Shown here: positions 41,618-50,538 of the stretch, in pieces | Numbering within the stretch: position 1 is the stretch's first letter | Layout of the letters: every line of letters starts with the position of its first letter | Assembly (NCBI GenBank): GCA_027490985.1 | Contig: JAIXXC010000180.1 | Span: 11,174 to 75,173, forward strand | DNA from: Verrucomicrobiales bacterium | GTDB lineage: Bacteria; Verrucomicrobiota; Verrucomicrobiia; Limisphaerales; UBA9464 | Direction of reading: 5' to 3' | Length of the DNA: 64,000 nt | Translations under genes and position numbers: made by a program | The notes under the pieces: generated by a model | What the model saw: only the letters and a program-made list of their open reading frames with translations | What the model was told of the DNA's origin: nothing | Database searches by the model: none

Positions 41618-43945
41618 ATGATCCGGATCGCGTCGGGATGCTGGATCACAGCGGGATGGCTGGGCGTGGCGACGCTCTGCGCGCAGTTGCCCGTGCCCCG
41701 GCTCCATGCGGTGTTTCCGCCGGGGGGTGCCGCCGGATCCACCGTCGAAGTCACCGTGACCGGGTCGGACCTGGACGAGGCCACCGGCCTCGTGTTCTCC
41801 GATCCCCGGATCGTCGGCACCCCGGTGCCCGGATCTTCCGACCGGTTCCGGGTTCCGTTGCCGGCCGGGATGTCCGGAGAGCAACTCGACCTCCGGGTCC
41901 AGGGGCGCCATGGGGTCTCGAATCCGAGGGCGTTTTCGGTCGGTCCGGCCGCACGGGAACTCCAATGGACCCAACCCCCGCTCACGCCGGCCCAAGCCTT
42001 CGATCTCCCCCTCGAGGCCGTGGTCAATGGCCGCATGGGCGCCCAGGAAGTGCTCTGGTTTCGCGTTGAGGGCGAGGCGGGGCAGGCTCTGGGAGCGCAC
42101 ATCGAAGCCCGCGAACTGGATTCGCGATTGGTGCCCGACTGGGCGCTGATCGATGCCTCGGGCGCCGAACTCACCCGCGTGCGGCGTCGGGAGTGGTTCG
42201 AGTTCAAGCTGCCGGCCAAGGGTGTCTACCTCCTGAAATTGAACGACTCCCTGTACCGGGGCGGTGACACGCATGGGTTTCGGCTGGTGCTCACCGCGCG
42301 TCCACGGGTCGCGTTCGCCGTGCCGCCGGTGTTGCAGGCCGGCCGTTCCCAACGGGTGACTCTCTATGGTCGACGATTGCCGGGCGGTCATCCGTCGTCG
42401 GTGCCCGGCGCCGACGGAGAACCGCTCGAGCAGCGCGATCTGGAGATCACGGCTCCGACCGAGCCGGGTCCGGTGTCGGCGACGGTGGGGTTGCTCGGCC
42501 AACCCTCGGCATTCCCGTTGGCCCAGGAGGCCTGGGCGTGGCGTGGTTCGGAGGGGGTGTCCCCCCTCACCCCGGTGCTGTTCGCCCTGACCCCCTTTTC
42601 CGTGATCACCGGCGCCCCCACGGGGTTGGTTTCAGTGACGCCGCCGTGCGATTTCTCGAGCCTGTTCCCGGCCCGGGGTCGGTGGAGTGGGGTCACTTTC
42701 GAGGCGAAGCAAGGCCAGGTGTTCTGGGTGGAACTCGTTTCCGAGCGTTGGGGACATCCGGTGGATCCCATGGCGATCGTGCAACGGGCCAAGACACCCG
42801 AGGCCGCCGCAGAGGGGGCGGGCTGGGTCGATGTCTTGGAATTGGGGGATACCGAACAGAATCTGGGGGATCGCGAGTTTCCGACGGCCCACCGCGATGC
42901 CGCCGCCCGGTTGGAGATTCCCGAGACGGGGCGATACCGGATCGTCGTTCGCGACGGGTTCCGCCGGGGTGAAGCCGTGGCGCGTTATCCCTATCGCCTG
43001 AGCCTGCGTCCGGAGACTCCCGAGTTCCACTTGGCCGTCTTCCCCATGCCCCCGGCCCGTGTGGGCGAGGATCGCGCGCTTCCGGTGCTGCCATCGGTGG
43101 TCCGCCGGGATCAGACGGTGGCTTTTCGTGTGGTGGCCTTCCGACGGGATGGTTTCCAGGGCGAGATCGAGTTGTCGGCCATCGATTTGCCTCCGGGAGT
43201 GCGGGCGTCCGCCACCCGGATCCCATCGGGGCAGAACACCGGGGTGCTGTTGCTGACCGCTTCGGCCGAGGCCTCGGGCACGGGCTCCTGGCACGTGGTG
43301 GGCAAGGCGGCCGTGGGCTCGGTGGTCCAGACCCGCAAGGCCTCGCCCGCGTCGTTGGTGTGGCCCGTCGCCGATTACAACACCGAGAGCCCGGTGGTCC
43401 GGCGTTCCCGCAGTGGCGCGGTCGCCGTGGTGACCCAGGAGTCGGCCCCGGTGACGATCCGAGTCGGAACCGCGACCTCCTCTGCCGACGGAGCCACTTG
43501 GAAACTGCCATTGACCATCGAACGGCGCGGGGAATTCCAGGGCGCTTTCACGGTGAAGGCGGCCGGACAGTCCGCCCTGGACAAGGCCAAGGAGATCAGT
43601 GTCCCGGAAAAGGCCACCCATCTCGTGGCGGAGTTGTCATTGGGCGATGCGCGTTTGCCCTCGGGGACCCACACTCTGTGGTTGCAGGGCAGTGTCACCG
43701 GCAAATACCGACAGTCTCCCGAGGCGTTGGTGGCCGCCGAGGCCGAGTTGAAGGAGGCCGAGAAGGCGTTGTCGTCGGCCAAGCCCGAGGGCAAGGCCGC
43801 GGCGGAGACCCGCAAGAAGGAAGCCGAAGCACGTCGCAAATCGGCCGAAGAAAAGGCCAAACCCCGTGACCTGACCTTGGCCCTCTGGTCCGAGCCGTTC
43901 ACCGTGACAGTGGGTGCCACCGCCAAGCCGGAGGCCAAGCCGTGA
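41618..43945 (+). CDS. Secreted hypothetical multi-beta-sandwich protein (TIG/PPC-like modules) with K/E-rich C-terminal segment
   Basis: ATG 41618, 3 nt after the upstream stop. Signal peptide 'MIRIASGCWITAGWLGVATLCAQ'. Two PPC-like modules ('VLWFRVEGEAGQALGAHIEA...GVYLLKLND', 'VFWVELVSE...GRYRIVVRD'). Charged helix 'AEAELKEAEKALSSAKPEGKAAAETRKKEAEARRKSAEEKAK' (about 43715-43870). Confidence 0.8.
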   Translation: MIRIASGCWITAGWLGVATLCAQLPVPRLHAVFPPGGAAGSTVEVTVTGSDLDEATGLVFSDPRIVGTPVPGSSDRFRVPLPAGMSGEQLDLRVQGRHGVSNPRAFSVGPAARELQWTQPPLTPAQAFDLPLEAVVNGRMGAQEVLWFRVEGEAGQALGAHIEARELDSRLVPDWALIDASGAELTRVRRREWFEFKLPAKGVYLLKLNDSLYRGGDTHGFRLVLTARPRVAFAVPPVLQAGRSQRVTLYGRRLPGGHPSSVPGADGEPLEQRDLEITAPTEPGPVSATVGLLGQPSAFPLAQEAWAWRGSEGVSPLTPVLFALTPFSVITGAPTGLVSVTPPCDFSSLFPARGRWSGVTFEAKQGQVFWVELVSERWGHPVDPMAIVQRAKTPEAAAEGAGWVDVLELGDTEQNLGDREFPTAHRDAAARLEIPETGRYRIVVRDGFRRGEAVARYPYRLSLRPETPEFHLAVFPMPPARVGEDRALPVLPSVVRRDQTVAFRVVAFRRDGFQGEIELSAIDLPPGVRASATRIPSGQNTGVLLLTASAEASGTGSWHVVGKAAVGSVVQTRKASPASLVWPVADYNTESPVVRRSRSGAVAVVTQESAPVTIRVGTATSSADGATWKLPLTIERRGEFQGAFTVKAAGQSALDKAKEISVPEKATHLVAELSLGDARLPSGTHTLWLQGSVTGKYRQSPEALVAAEAELKEAEKALSSAKPEGKAAAETRKKEAEARRKSAEEKAKPRDLTLALWSEPFTVTVGATAKPEAKP

Positions 43946-46941
43946 GCCGTTCCTCTGGATCGGGCATCGGATGGTGGGTCGCCTGGGTGTTCACCCTGGG
44001 GATCGTCTGGCCGGATTCCGGTCTGGCCGCCGTCCGACCGCTTTCCATCCAGAAAGAAGCCGGTGGCACCAATGCCGTCGTCGGTTTCCAGAAGGACATC
44101 CTGCCGATGTTCCAGGCCAACTGCCTGCCGTGCCACAACCAGACCCGGGCCAAGGCCGGCTTGAATCTGGAGACTCCCGCCGCGCTGCTGCGAGGGGGCG
44201 ATACCGGTCCCGGTGCGGTGCCCGGAAAACCCGCCGAGAGCCTGGTGCTCAAGTCGGCGGCCCATCAGGTGGAGGATCTGGTGATGCCGCCCGCGGGCAA
44301 CAAGTCCAATGCCCGTGATCTGACACCCGAGGAACTGGGGGTTCTGTGGCGCTGGATCGAGCAGGGGGCCAAGGCCGACCGGGCGGTGGTCGTCGAACCG
44401 GCTTGGAAACCGATTTCCCCCGAATGGAACGCCAGTTTCGCCGTGGCCCTCGATTCGGAGGGAGCGACCGTCGCGGTGGCACGGGCCAATCGGGTCAGCG
44501 TCATCGAACTGGCCACGGGCAAGACCATCGGCCGTCTGGAAGACCCCGCCCTGAACGGGGCCAGTCAGCGGGATGTGGTCGGCGCCATGGCCTTCAGCCC
44601 CGATGATCAGTGGTTGGCCACCGCGGGGTTCCGTGAGGTGCGTCTGTGGCAGCGTCGTCCGGTCACGGTCGAGCCCCGGGTTGCGAGTGCTCCCAAGGCT
44701 CCTTGGGTGGCGGCAGCGTTCTCGCCCGAGGGCACCGCGCTGGCGACCGTGAACGCCTCCGGAATCCTCGAGATCCGCTCCGATCCGCTGACAGGAGTGC
44801 TCGGGACGTGGTCCCTCAAGGGCAATGCCCCGGTCGCCTCGTCTTCAGCGGTCCGTCTGACGTGGTCTCCGGATGGCCGGTGGTTGTCGGTCGTGTCGGG
44901 GCGTGATGCGTGGAGCGTGTCCCGGATGAAACCCGGGCCGTCGCTTTCGAAGGTGCGGGTGCTGCCGGCCGAACCGACCGGAGTGGGATGGATGCCCGGA
45001 GGCGACTCGTGGGTGATCACCTATGGTTCCAGCCATGCGCCTCAGCGGTGGCGGCAAACAGCGGAGGGATCCGAGCCCGGGCCCGGGGCGTTGGAAGACA
45101 TTCCGGAGATTCCGGCCGATTCCCGAGTGCTGAAGACCGAGGCCGCGACGAAGGGTTCGCTGTGGTTGTCCGGGGCCTCCGGAGGGTTGGTGACCTGGCC
45201 CCAGGGTCCGCAGGGGCTCTTGCGCGGTGCGGGTCCGGTGCGTTCACTGCTTTGGGATCGTTCAGGGTCCAACGGGGTCGTGGTGTTGTCGACCGGGGGC
45301 GCGCAGACCCTTTCTCGGACTCTGTCCCAGACCCAGTCCCTCACTCTGGCCGGCGACCCGCGGTTGTCGTTGGAGGCGTTGCGAGAAGAGGCCGAGCTGG
45401 GTCGGAGTCGATTGGAATTGGCCCTGGCCGGCACGCGGATCGGCGAAGCCAGGTCGGCCGTGACCCAGGCCCAGACGGCGCTGACCAAGGCGCGCGAGAA
45501 GCGGGATCTGGCGGCCAAGACACTCACGGAACGCGAGAAAGAGTGGTCGGCCCAGAACGCGCTCGCGGTGACCGCCACCCGCGATCGGGATTCGGCCGCC
45601 AGCGAATTGACCCGCATCCAGTCCGAGGCCAAGGCGGCCGGCGAAGAGCTCCAAAAGGCCCTGACCGCGGCCAAGGCGACGCCGGAGGCCGCGTTGAAGT
45701 CCCTGGATGACGTGGCGGCCAAGGCCGAATCGGCGGGGCGGCGCAAAGCGGCCCTGGAGCGGGCCGAAGCCGAGATCCCCCCGCGGCGCAAGAAGGCGGA
45801 GGAGCAGTTGGCCGAGGCCCAGAAGAAGGCCGGAGAGCTCAAGGGGCCGCTCGACAAGGCCCGCATCGCGGCCGAGGGCGCTGACCAGGATGTGGTCCTG
45901 GCCGAGAAGACGGTCGCCGATGCCAACGCTTCGGTGGCGACCGCGCAGGCCGAGGAACAGGCGGCCCAGGGTCGGATCGCCCGCTCCGAAACCCGCCTCA
46001 AGACCGTTCAAGCCGAGCGGGATCGGTCGAAGACCCGCCCCTTCGAGGTGGCGGCGTTGTCGCCCTCGGGAGACTCGCTGATCACGGTCGGCGCCGACGG
46101 ATTGTGGACCCGGTGGCATCCGGGCACCGGTCGGGCCTCGGCTCCGTTCGCGGTCGGGCAGGGGATGCCACTGGCCCTCGTGGCCTTGAACGACGAGGAA
46201 TTTCTGGCCGCGTTCCCCGAGGGGGTGAGTCGCATCCAGACCGCCCGCCCGTGGTTCCTCCGGCAGACTCTGGCGGGAAGTGCGACCGCACCGGCCTTCG
46301 CCGATCGCATCAATGCCCTGGCCTTCAGTCCCGATGGTTCGTTGCTGGCCACGGGCGGGGGGGAACCCTCGCGCTCCGGAGAACTCAAGCTGTGGAAGCT
46401 GCCCGAAGGCACGCTGGCCCACGATCTGGGTGCCGTGCACAGCGATGCCGTCACGGCCGTGGCGTTTTCACCGCGGGGTGAGCGGATCGCCAGCGCCGGG
46501 GCCGATCGGTTCGCACGGATCACTCCGCTCCAGACTCCGGCCGCACGACTTCATCTCGAGGGGCATACCCATCATGTGATCGCCGTGGCCTGGGCGCCCG
46601 ACGGCAGTGTCCTGGCGACCGGGGGAGCGGAGGGGATGGTCAAGCTGTGGAATCCGCGCACCGGGGAACGTCGCAAGAACATCGAGGGATTCGGCAAGGA
46701 GGTGACCGGGCTGCAGCCGGCGGGAGGCCTGCTTCGATTCGTGGCCGTGAGCGGCTCGGGCAAGGGGCGCGTGTTCAAATCCGATGGCGAGACCGTTCGA
46801 GACCTGGCCACCGTGCCCGAGTATCTCCAGGCGCTGTCGGTCAGCCGGGACGGCCGCTGGGTCGTGGGAGCCGACGACCGCGGTATCGTGCGGCTTTGGG
46901 ATGCCGAATCCGGTCAATTGCGCCGCACTTGGGAGCCTTGA
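43942..46941 (+). CDS. PSCyt1 (CxxCH) - WD40 - long coiled coil - WD40 protein
   Basis: GTG 43942 overlaps the upstream stop (GTGA). 'ILPMFQANCLPCHNQTRAKAGLNLET...GGDTGPGAVPGKPAESLV' is PSCyt1. WD40-like blades on both sides ('AFSPDDQWLATAG', 'AFSPDGSLLATGGGE', 'AWAPDGSVLATGGAEGMVKLWN'). An A/E/K/R-rich heptad-like region of about 220 aa spans about 45364-46032. Confidence 0.85.
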   Translation: MSRSSGSGIGWWVAWVFTLGIVWPDSGLAAVRPLSIQKEAGGTNAVVGFQKDILPMFQANCLPCHNQTRAKAGLNLETPAALLRGGDTGPGAVPGKPAESLVLKSAAHQVEDLVMPPAGNKSNARDLTPEELGVLWRWIEQGAKADRAVVVEPAWKPISPEWNASFAVALDSEGATVAVARANRVSVIELATGKTIGRLEDPALNGASQRDVVGAMAFSPDDQWLATAGFREVRLWQRRPVTVEPRVASAPKAPWVAAAFSPEGTALATVNASGILEIRSDPLTGVLGTWSLKGNAPVASSSAVRLTWSPDGRWLSVVSGRDAWSVSRMKPGPSLSKVRVLPAEPTGVGWMPGGDSWVITYGSSHAPQRWRQTAEGSEPGPGALEDIPEIPADSRVLKTEAATKGSLWLSGASGGLVTWPQGPQGLLRGAGPVRSLLWDRSGSNGVVVLSTGGAQTLSRTLSQTQSLTLAGDPRLSLEALREEAELGRSRLELALAGTRIGEARSAVTQAQTALTKAREKRDLAAKTLTEREKEWSAQNALAVTATRDRDSAASELTRIQSEAKAAGEELQKALTAAKATPEAALKSLDDVAAKAESAGRRKAALERAEAEIPPRRKKAEEQLAEAQKKAGELKGPLDKARIAAEGADQDVVLAEKTVADANASVATAQAEEQAAQGRIARSETRLKTVQAERDRSKTRPFEVAALSPSGDSLITVGADGLWTRWHPGTGRASAPFAVGQGMPLALVALNDEEFLAAFPEGVSRIQTARPWFLRQTLAGSATAPAFADRINALAFSPDGSLLATGGGEPSRSGELKLWKLPEGTLAHDLGAVHSDAVTAVAFSPRGERIASAGADRFARITPLQTPAARLHLEGHTHHVIAVAWAPDGSVLATGGAEGMVKLWNPRTGERRKNIEGFGKEVTGLQPAGGLLRFVAVSGSGKGRVFKSDGETVRDLATVPEYLQALSVSRDGRWVVGADDRGIVRLWDAESGQLRRTWEP

Positions 46942-47060
46942 AGCCGGCGGGTCGGTCGCCGTGCCCCCTGACTCCAGGGGACTCCGCGGTGGGTGCGATC
47001 ATCCCGGCCGCCTTCCTTTGACCTGACGCATCGGATCTGCATCCTTGGGAACGATTCTCC

Positions 47061-47828
47061 ATGTACCTCGCCGAACTCACTTCGCCGCAGTTGGCCGCCT
47101 TGCCGCGCGAGACCCCCATCGTCTTTCCCATCGCCGCGCTCGAGCAGCACGGAGGTCATCTGCCGGTGCTCACCGACACCCGGTTGGTGGGCGAGGTGGT
47201 GCGTCGGACCGAGTCGGCCCTGGCCCGGGAGGCGGTGTTCGCACCGGTGCTCTGGCTCGGCAACTCCGATCATCACCTCGATTTCCCCGGCACCCTGTCG
47301 GCCCCGCCCCGGCCTTACCTCGACCTGCTCGTGGGGTTGGCCGAGAACGTCGTGCGGCACGGATTCAAGCGGGTGGTCTTCCTGAACGGTCATGGTGGCA
47401 ACGACGTTCCGGGGCGACAGGCCGTCTTCGAATTGAGACAGCGACACCGGGACGCCGACGGATTGCTGCTGCTCTTGGCCACCTATTGGAGCCTGGGTGG
47501 CAAACCCTTCGAACGGCCGGTGGCCGGCGGGTGGGTGCAACAGGAGATGGGCCATGCCTGCGAGTGGGAGACCTCGATGATGCTGCGACTCGATCCCGGT
47601 CAGGTGCAGCCCTTCGCCTCGCTGGATCCGGTGGATGCCACGCCGCCGTTTCATCCGGCCCATCGGGGCTGGGTCACCCGGGAACGCACCCCCACCGGTC
47701 ATATCGGTCATCCGGCGGCGGCCTCGGCCGAGAAGGGGGAGGTGCTCTTCGAGGTGTTCTCCCAGGATGCGATCCGGTTGCTGGAGCGGGTCCGCCGCTG
47801 GGATGGTGTCTCCTGGTCCGAACAATGA
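47061..47828 (+). CDS. Creatininase-family amidohydrolase
   Basis: 'FPIAALEQHGGHLPVLTD' and 'VVFLNGHGGN' are typical metal-binding motifs of the creatininase/MftE family. 255 aa. Confidence 0.85.
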   Translation: MYLAELTSPQLAALPRETPIVFPIAALEQHGGHLPVLTDTRLVGEVVRRTESALAREAVFAPVLWLGNSDHHLDFPGTLSAPPRPYLDLLVGLAENVVRHGFKRVVFLNGHGGNDVPGRQAVFELRQRHRDADGLLLLLATYWSLGGKPFERPVAGGWVQQEMGHACEWETSMMLRLDPGQVQPFASLDPVDATPPFHPAHRGWVTRERTPTGHIGHPAAASAEKGEVLFEVFSQDAIRLLERVRRWDGVSWSEQ

Positions 47829-47834
47829 GAGACC

Positions 47835-49100
47835 ATGATCGCCCCGACTCCATCCGGTTCGCGCGGTGCCGCCTGGAAATGGTCGGTGTGCGGGATGTTG
47901 TTGCTGGCTTCGGCCATCAACTACATGGATCGGCAGACCCTTTCCGGACTGTCGGTGCGGATCACCCAGGAGTTCGGCATGACCAAGACCCAATATGGTC
48001 AGGTCGAGGCGGTTTTCGGCTACGCCTTCGCTGCGGGATCGGTGCTCTTCGGTTGGATGGCCGACCGCTTCCCCGTGCATCGGGTCTATGCCGCGGTGCT
48101 GGCGTTGTGGTCGCTGGCCGGGATGGCGACGGGATGGGCCCAGGATCATCAGGGATTGCTGCTGTTCCGTGGGCTGCTGGGGTTTTTCGAGGCCGGGCAT
48201 TGGCCGTGTGCCGTCCGCATCACCCGATCGCTGCTCGATGAACGTCAGCGCTCGATGGGCAACGGGCTGCTCCAGAGTGGAGCCACGTTCGGGGCCATCA
48301 TCACCCCGCTGGTGTTGCCCCTGTTGCTGGGCGTCGGAACGGCCGGTGGGGCAGGGGCTTGGCGGCCTCCGTTCTATCTGCTGGGGGGAGTGGGGCTGTT
48401 GTGGCTCATCCCCTGGTTCCTGATGGTCCGTTCGGGCGACCTGCGCTCGGGAGCCGAATCGGTGGCGGCTGCAGGCCCTGCGGCGCCCCCCTTCCTGAAA
48501 GTGCTCTTCAGCGGTCGGATGCTGGCGGTCATCCTGGTGGTCGCCTGCATCAACACGACGTGGCAAGTCCTGCGGGCCTGGCTGCCGATGTTCCTGCAAA
48601 AAGGACGAGGTTACACCGAGATCGAGGCCCTCCGATTCAACTCGGCCTTCTTCGCCGCGGCCGATGTGGGATGTCTGGCCGCCGGGGCCTTGGCGGTGGC
48701 CCTGGCTCGCCGGGGGCGCACTCCGTCAGGGGCCCGGTTCCAGGTGTTCCTCGGCTGCGCCTTGCTCTGCTGTGGCACGGTGGCGATCCCGTCGCTCGGT
48801 CGTGGTCCGGGGCTCATGATCGTGCTCTTGGCCATCGCGGCCGGAGCCCTGGGGGTGTTCCCGCTCTATCACACCTTCACCCAGGATCTCTCCGAACATC
48901 ATCAGGGCAAGATCACCGGCGCAGCCGGAGTCGCGGCCTGGATTCTGCCGGCCCAGGCCCAGTGGCTCTTCGGCCTCTCCGCCGATCGGTTGGGGACCAT
49001 GGATCCCGGTCTGGTGGTGGCCGGGCTCCTACCGCTGCTGGCCTTGCCCCCCCTGTGGTACCTTCATCGCATCAAGATCCGGATCCCCATCACCCCATGA
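47835..49100 (+). CDS. MFS transporter (anion:cation symporter/hexuronate-like)
   Basis: About 12 TM helices. 'ASAINYMDRQTLS', 'GWMADRF', 'FRGLLGFFEAGHWP'. Starts 6 nt after the creatininase stop. Confidence 0.88.
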   Translation: MIAPTPSGSRGAAWKWSVCGMLLLASAINYMDRQTLSGLSVRITQEFGMTKTQYGQVEAVFGYAFAAGSVLFGWMADRFPVHRVYAAVLALWSLAGMATGWAQDHQGLLLFRGLLGFFEAGHWPCAVRITRSLLDERQRSMGNGLLQSGATFGAIITPLVLPLLLGVGTAGGAGAWRPPFYLLGGVGLLWLIPWFLMVRSGDLRSGAESVAAAGPAAPPFLKVLFSGRMLAVILVVACINTTWQVLRAWLPMFLQKGRGYTEIEALRFNSAFFAAADVGCLAAGALAVALARRGRTPSGARFQVFLGCALLCCGTVAIPSLGRGPGLMIVLLAIAAGALGVFPLYHTFTQDLSEHHQGKITGAAGVAAWILPAQAQWLFGLSADRLGTMDPGLVVAGLLPLLALPPLWYLHRIKIRIPITP

Positions 49101-50374
49101 ATGCCTCCGTTTCCCGCCGACAGTTCCTCGCCACCGCAGGGGCCACGGCCGCAGTGACCGGGCTTGCGCCCTCGATCTGGGCTTCCAAGATCGCCGGACC
49201 GGCCCGCAAGAAAATCGCCCTGATCGCGACGGAAGTCCGCCTGCATTCGCACGCCCAGCATTTCATCGATCGGTTCCTTCTGGGCTACGTGTGGGAAGGC
49301 GGGTGGCGTCGGCCCGAGGTGGATCTGGTCTCATTGTATGTCGATCAGTTTCCCGAGAACGATCTGGCCCGGGCCACCGCGGCCCGTCATGGCGTTCCGA
49401 TTCATACAAGCATCGCCGAGGCATTGACCTTGGGCACGGGTCGTTTGGCGGTCGATGGGGTGGTCATCATCGGTGAGCACGGCCGCTATCCGAAAAACGA
49501 CAAGGGGCAAACGCTCTATCCTCGTCACCGGTTCTTCAAGGAGGTGGTGCGCGTGTTCGAGAGCTCGGGGCGGAGTGTGCCCGTGTTCAACGACAAGCAT
49601 CTCTCCACCGACTGGCGCGAATGCGTGGAGATGGTGGAGGACGCCCGGCGCCTCGGGTTTCCGTTCCAGGCGGGCTCGTCGCTCCCGGTCACCAAACGCA
49701 TGCCGCCCACGGAAATGCCGCTGGGCACCCCGCTCTCGGAGAGCCTGTGTGCCGCCTACGGAGGGCTCGACAGCTACGACATCCACGGTCTGGAGACCGC
49801 ACAGTGCATGTCGGAGCGGCGCAAGGGGGGCGAGGTGGGGATCCGTCGGGTCCACGGACTCCGGGGTGCCGCCTTCTGGGAAGAACTCGGTCGGCGAGAC
49901 TCGACTCGGCGGTTGCTGGAGGCGGCGTTGTGCCGCAGTCACAATCTGCCGGTGCGGGAGGGCTATCCCACGGCCCCGGTGAGCCTGGCCTGGGCCCGGG
50001 AGGTGTTTCCGGACGCCTGGGGCTACTTCATCGACCACCGCGACGGGTTCCGCACGACCCTGGCCATGCTGGGCATCCGTGACTTCAACTACGCGGGGCT
50101 GGATTCCAAGACAGGTCGGATCATCTCCTGCCAGATGTACCTGCCGATGCCGACGCACGGATCGTCGACGGCCGACTTCTTCAATCCGCAGATCCGTCAT
50201 ATCGAACGCATGGTCGTGGAGCGTCGCCAGCCTTATCCGTTGGAGCGCACCTTGTTGACCTCCGGAATGACCCTGGCCGGGGTGGAATCCCTCCATCGCG
50301 GACAACCCGTCGAGACACCGGAGATGGCCGTCCGGTACTCGGTGGGTGAGGCCTCATTGTTCTGGAGAGACTGA
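49097..50374 (+). CDS. TAT-signal hypothetical protein (possible Gfo/Idh/MocA-like fold, unassigned)
   Basis: ATG 49097 overlaps the MFS stop (ATGA). 'MNASVSRRQFLATAGATAAVTG' is a twin-arginine signal. 'KKIALIATEVRLHSHAQHFIDRF'. 425 aa. The track ORF start at 48359 is an out-of-context extension. Confidence 0.8.
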   Translation: MNASVSRRQFLATAGATAAVTGLAPSIWASKIAGPARKKIALIATEVRLHSHAQHFIDRFLLGYVWEGGWRRPEVDLVSLYVDQFPENDLARATAARHGVPIHTSIAEALTLGTGRLAVDGVVIIGEHGRYPKNDKGQTLYPRHRFFKEVVRVFESSGRSVPVFNDKHLSTDWRECVEMVEDARRLGFPFQAGSSLPVTKRMPPTEMPLGTPLSESLCAAYGGLDSYDIHGLETAQCMSERRKGGEVGIRRVHGLRGAAFWEELGRRDSTRRLLEAALCRSHNLPVREGYPTAPVSLAWAREVFPDAWGYFIDHRDGFRTTLAMLGIRDFNYAGLDSKTGRIISCQMYLPMPTHGSSTADFFNPQIRHIERMVVERRQPYPLERTLLTSGMTLAGVESLHRGQPVETPEMAVRYSVGEASLFWRD

Positions 50375-50538
50375 GCGACGGTTCCGGGGCTGACTTCGGT
50401 CTCCGATCTGTCACTCTTTTGTCACCTCGACCTGGATTTTGCACGGAAGCTGCTAGGCGGCAGCGGTCCCCTGTCGAATCATCGCTGTGGGCGTTCTCCG
50501 TGGGGAGGATGCGGGGCAGCGGTCGGGGGTCTCCTATC

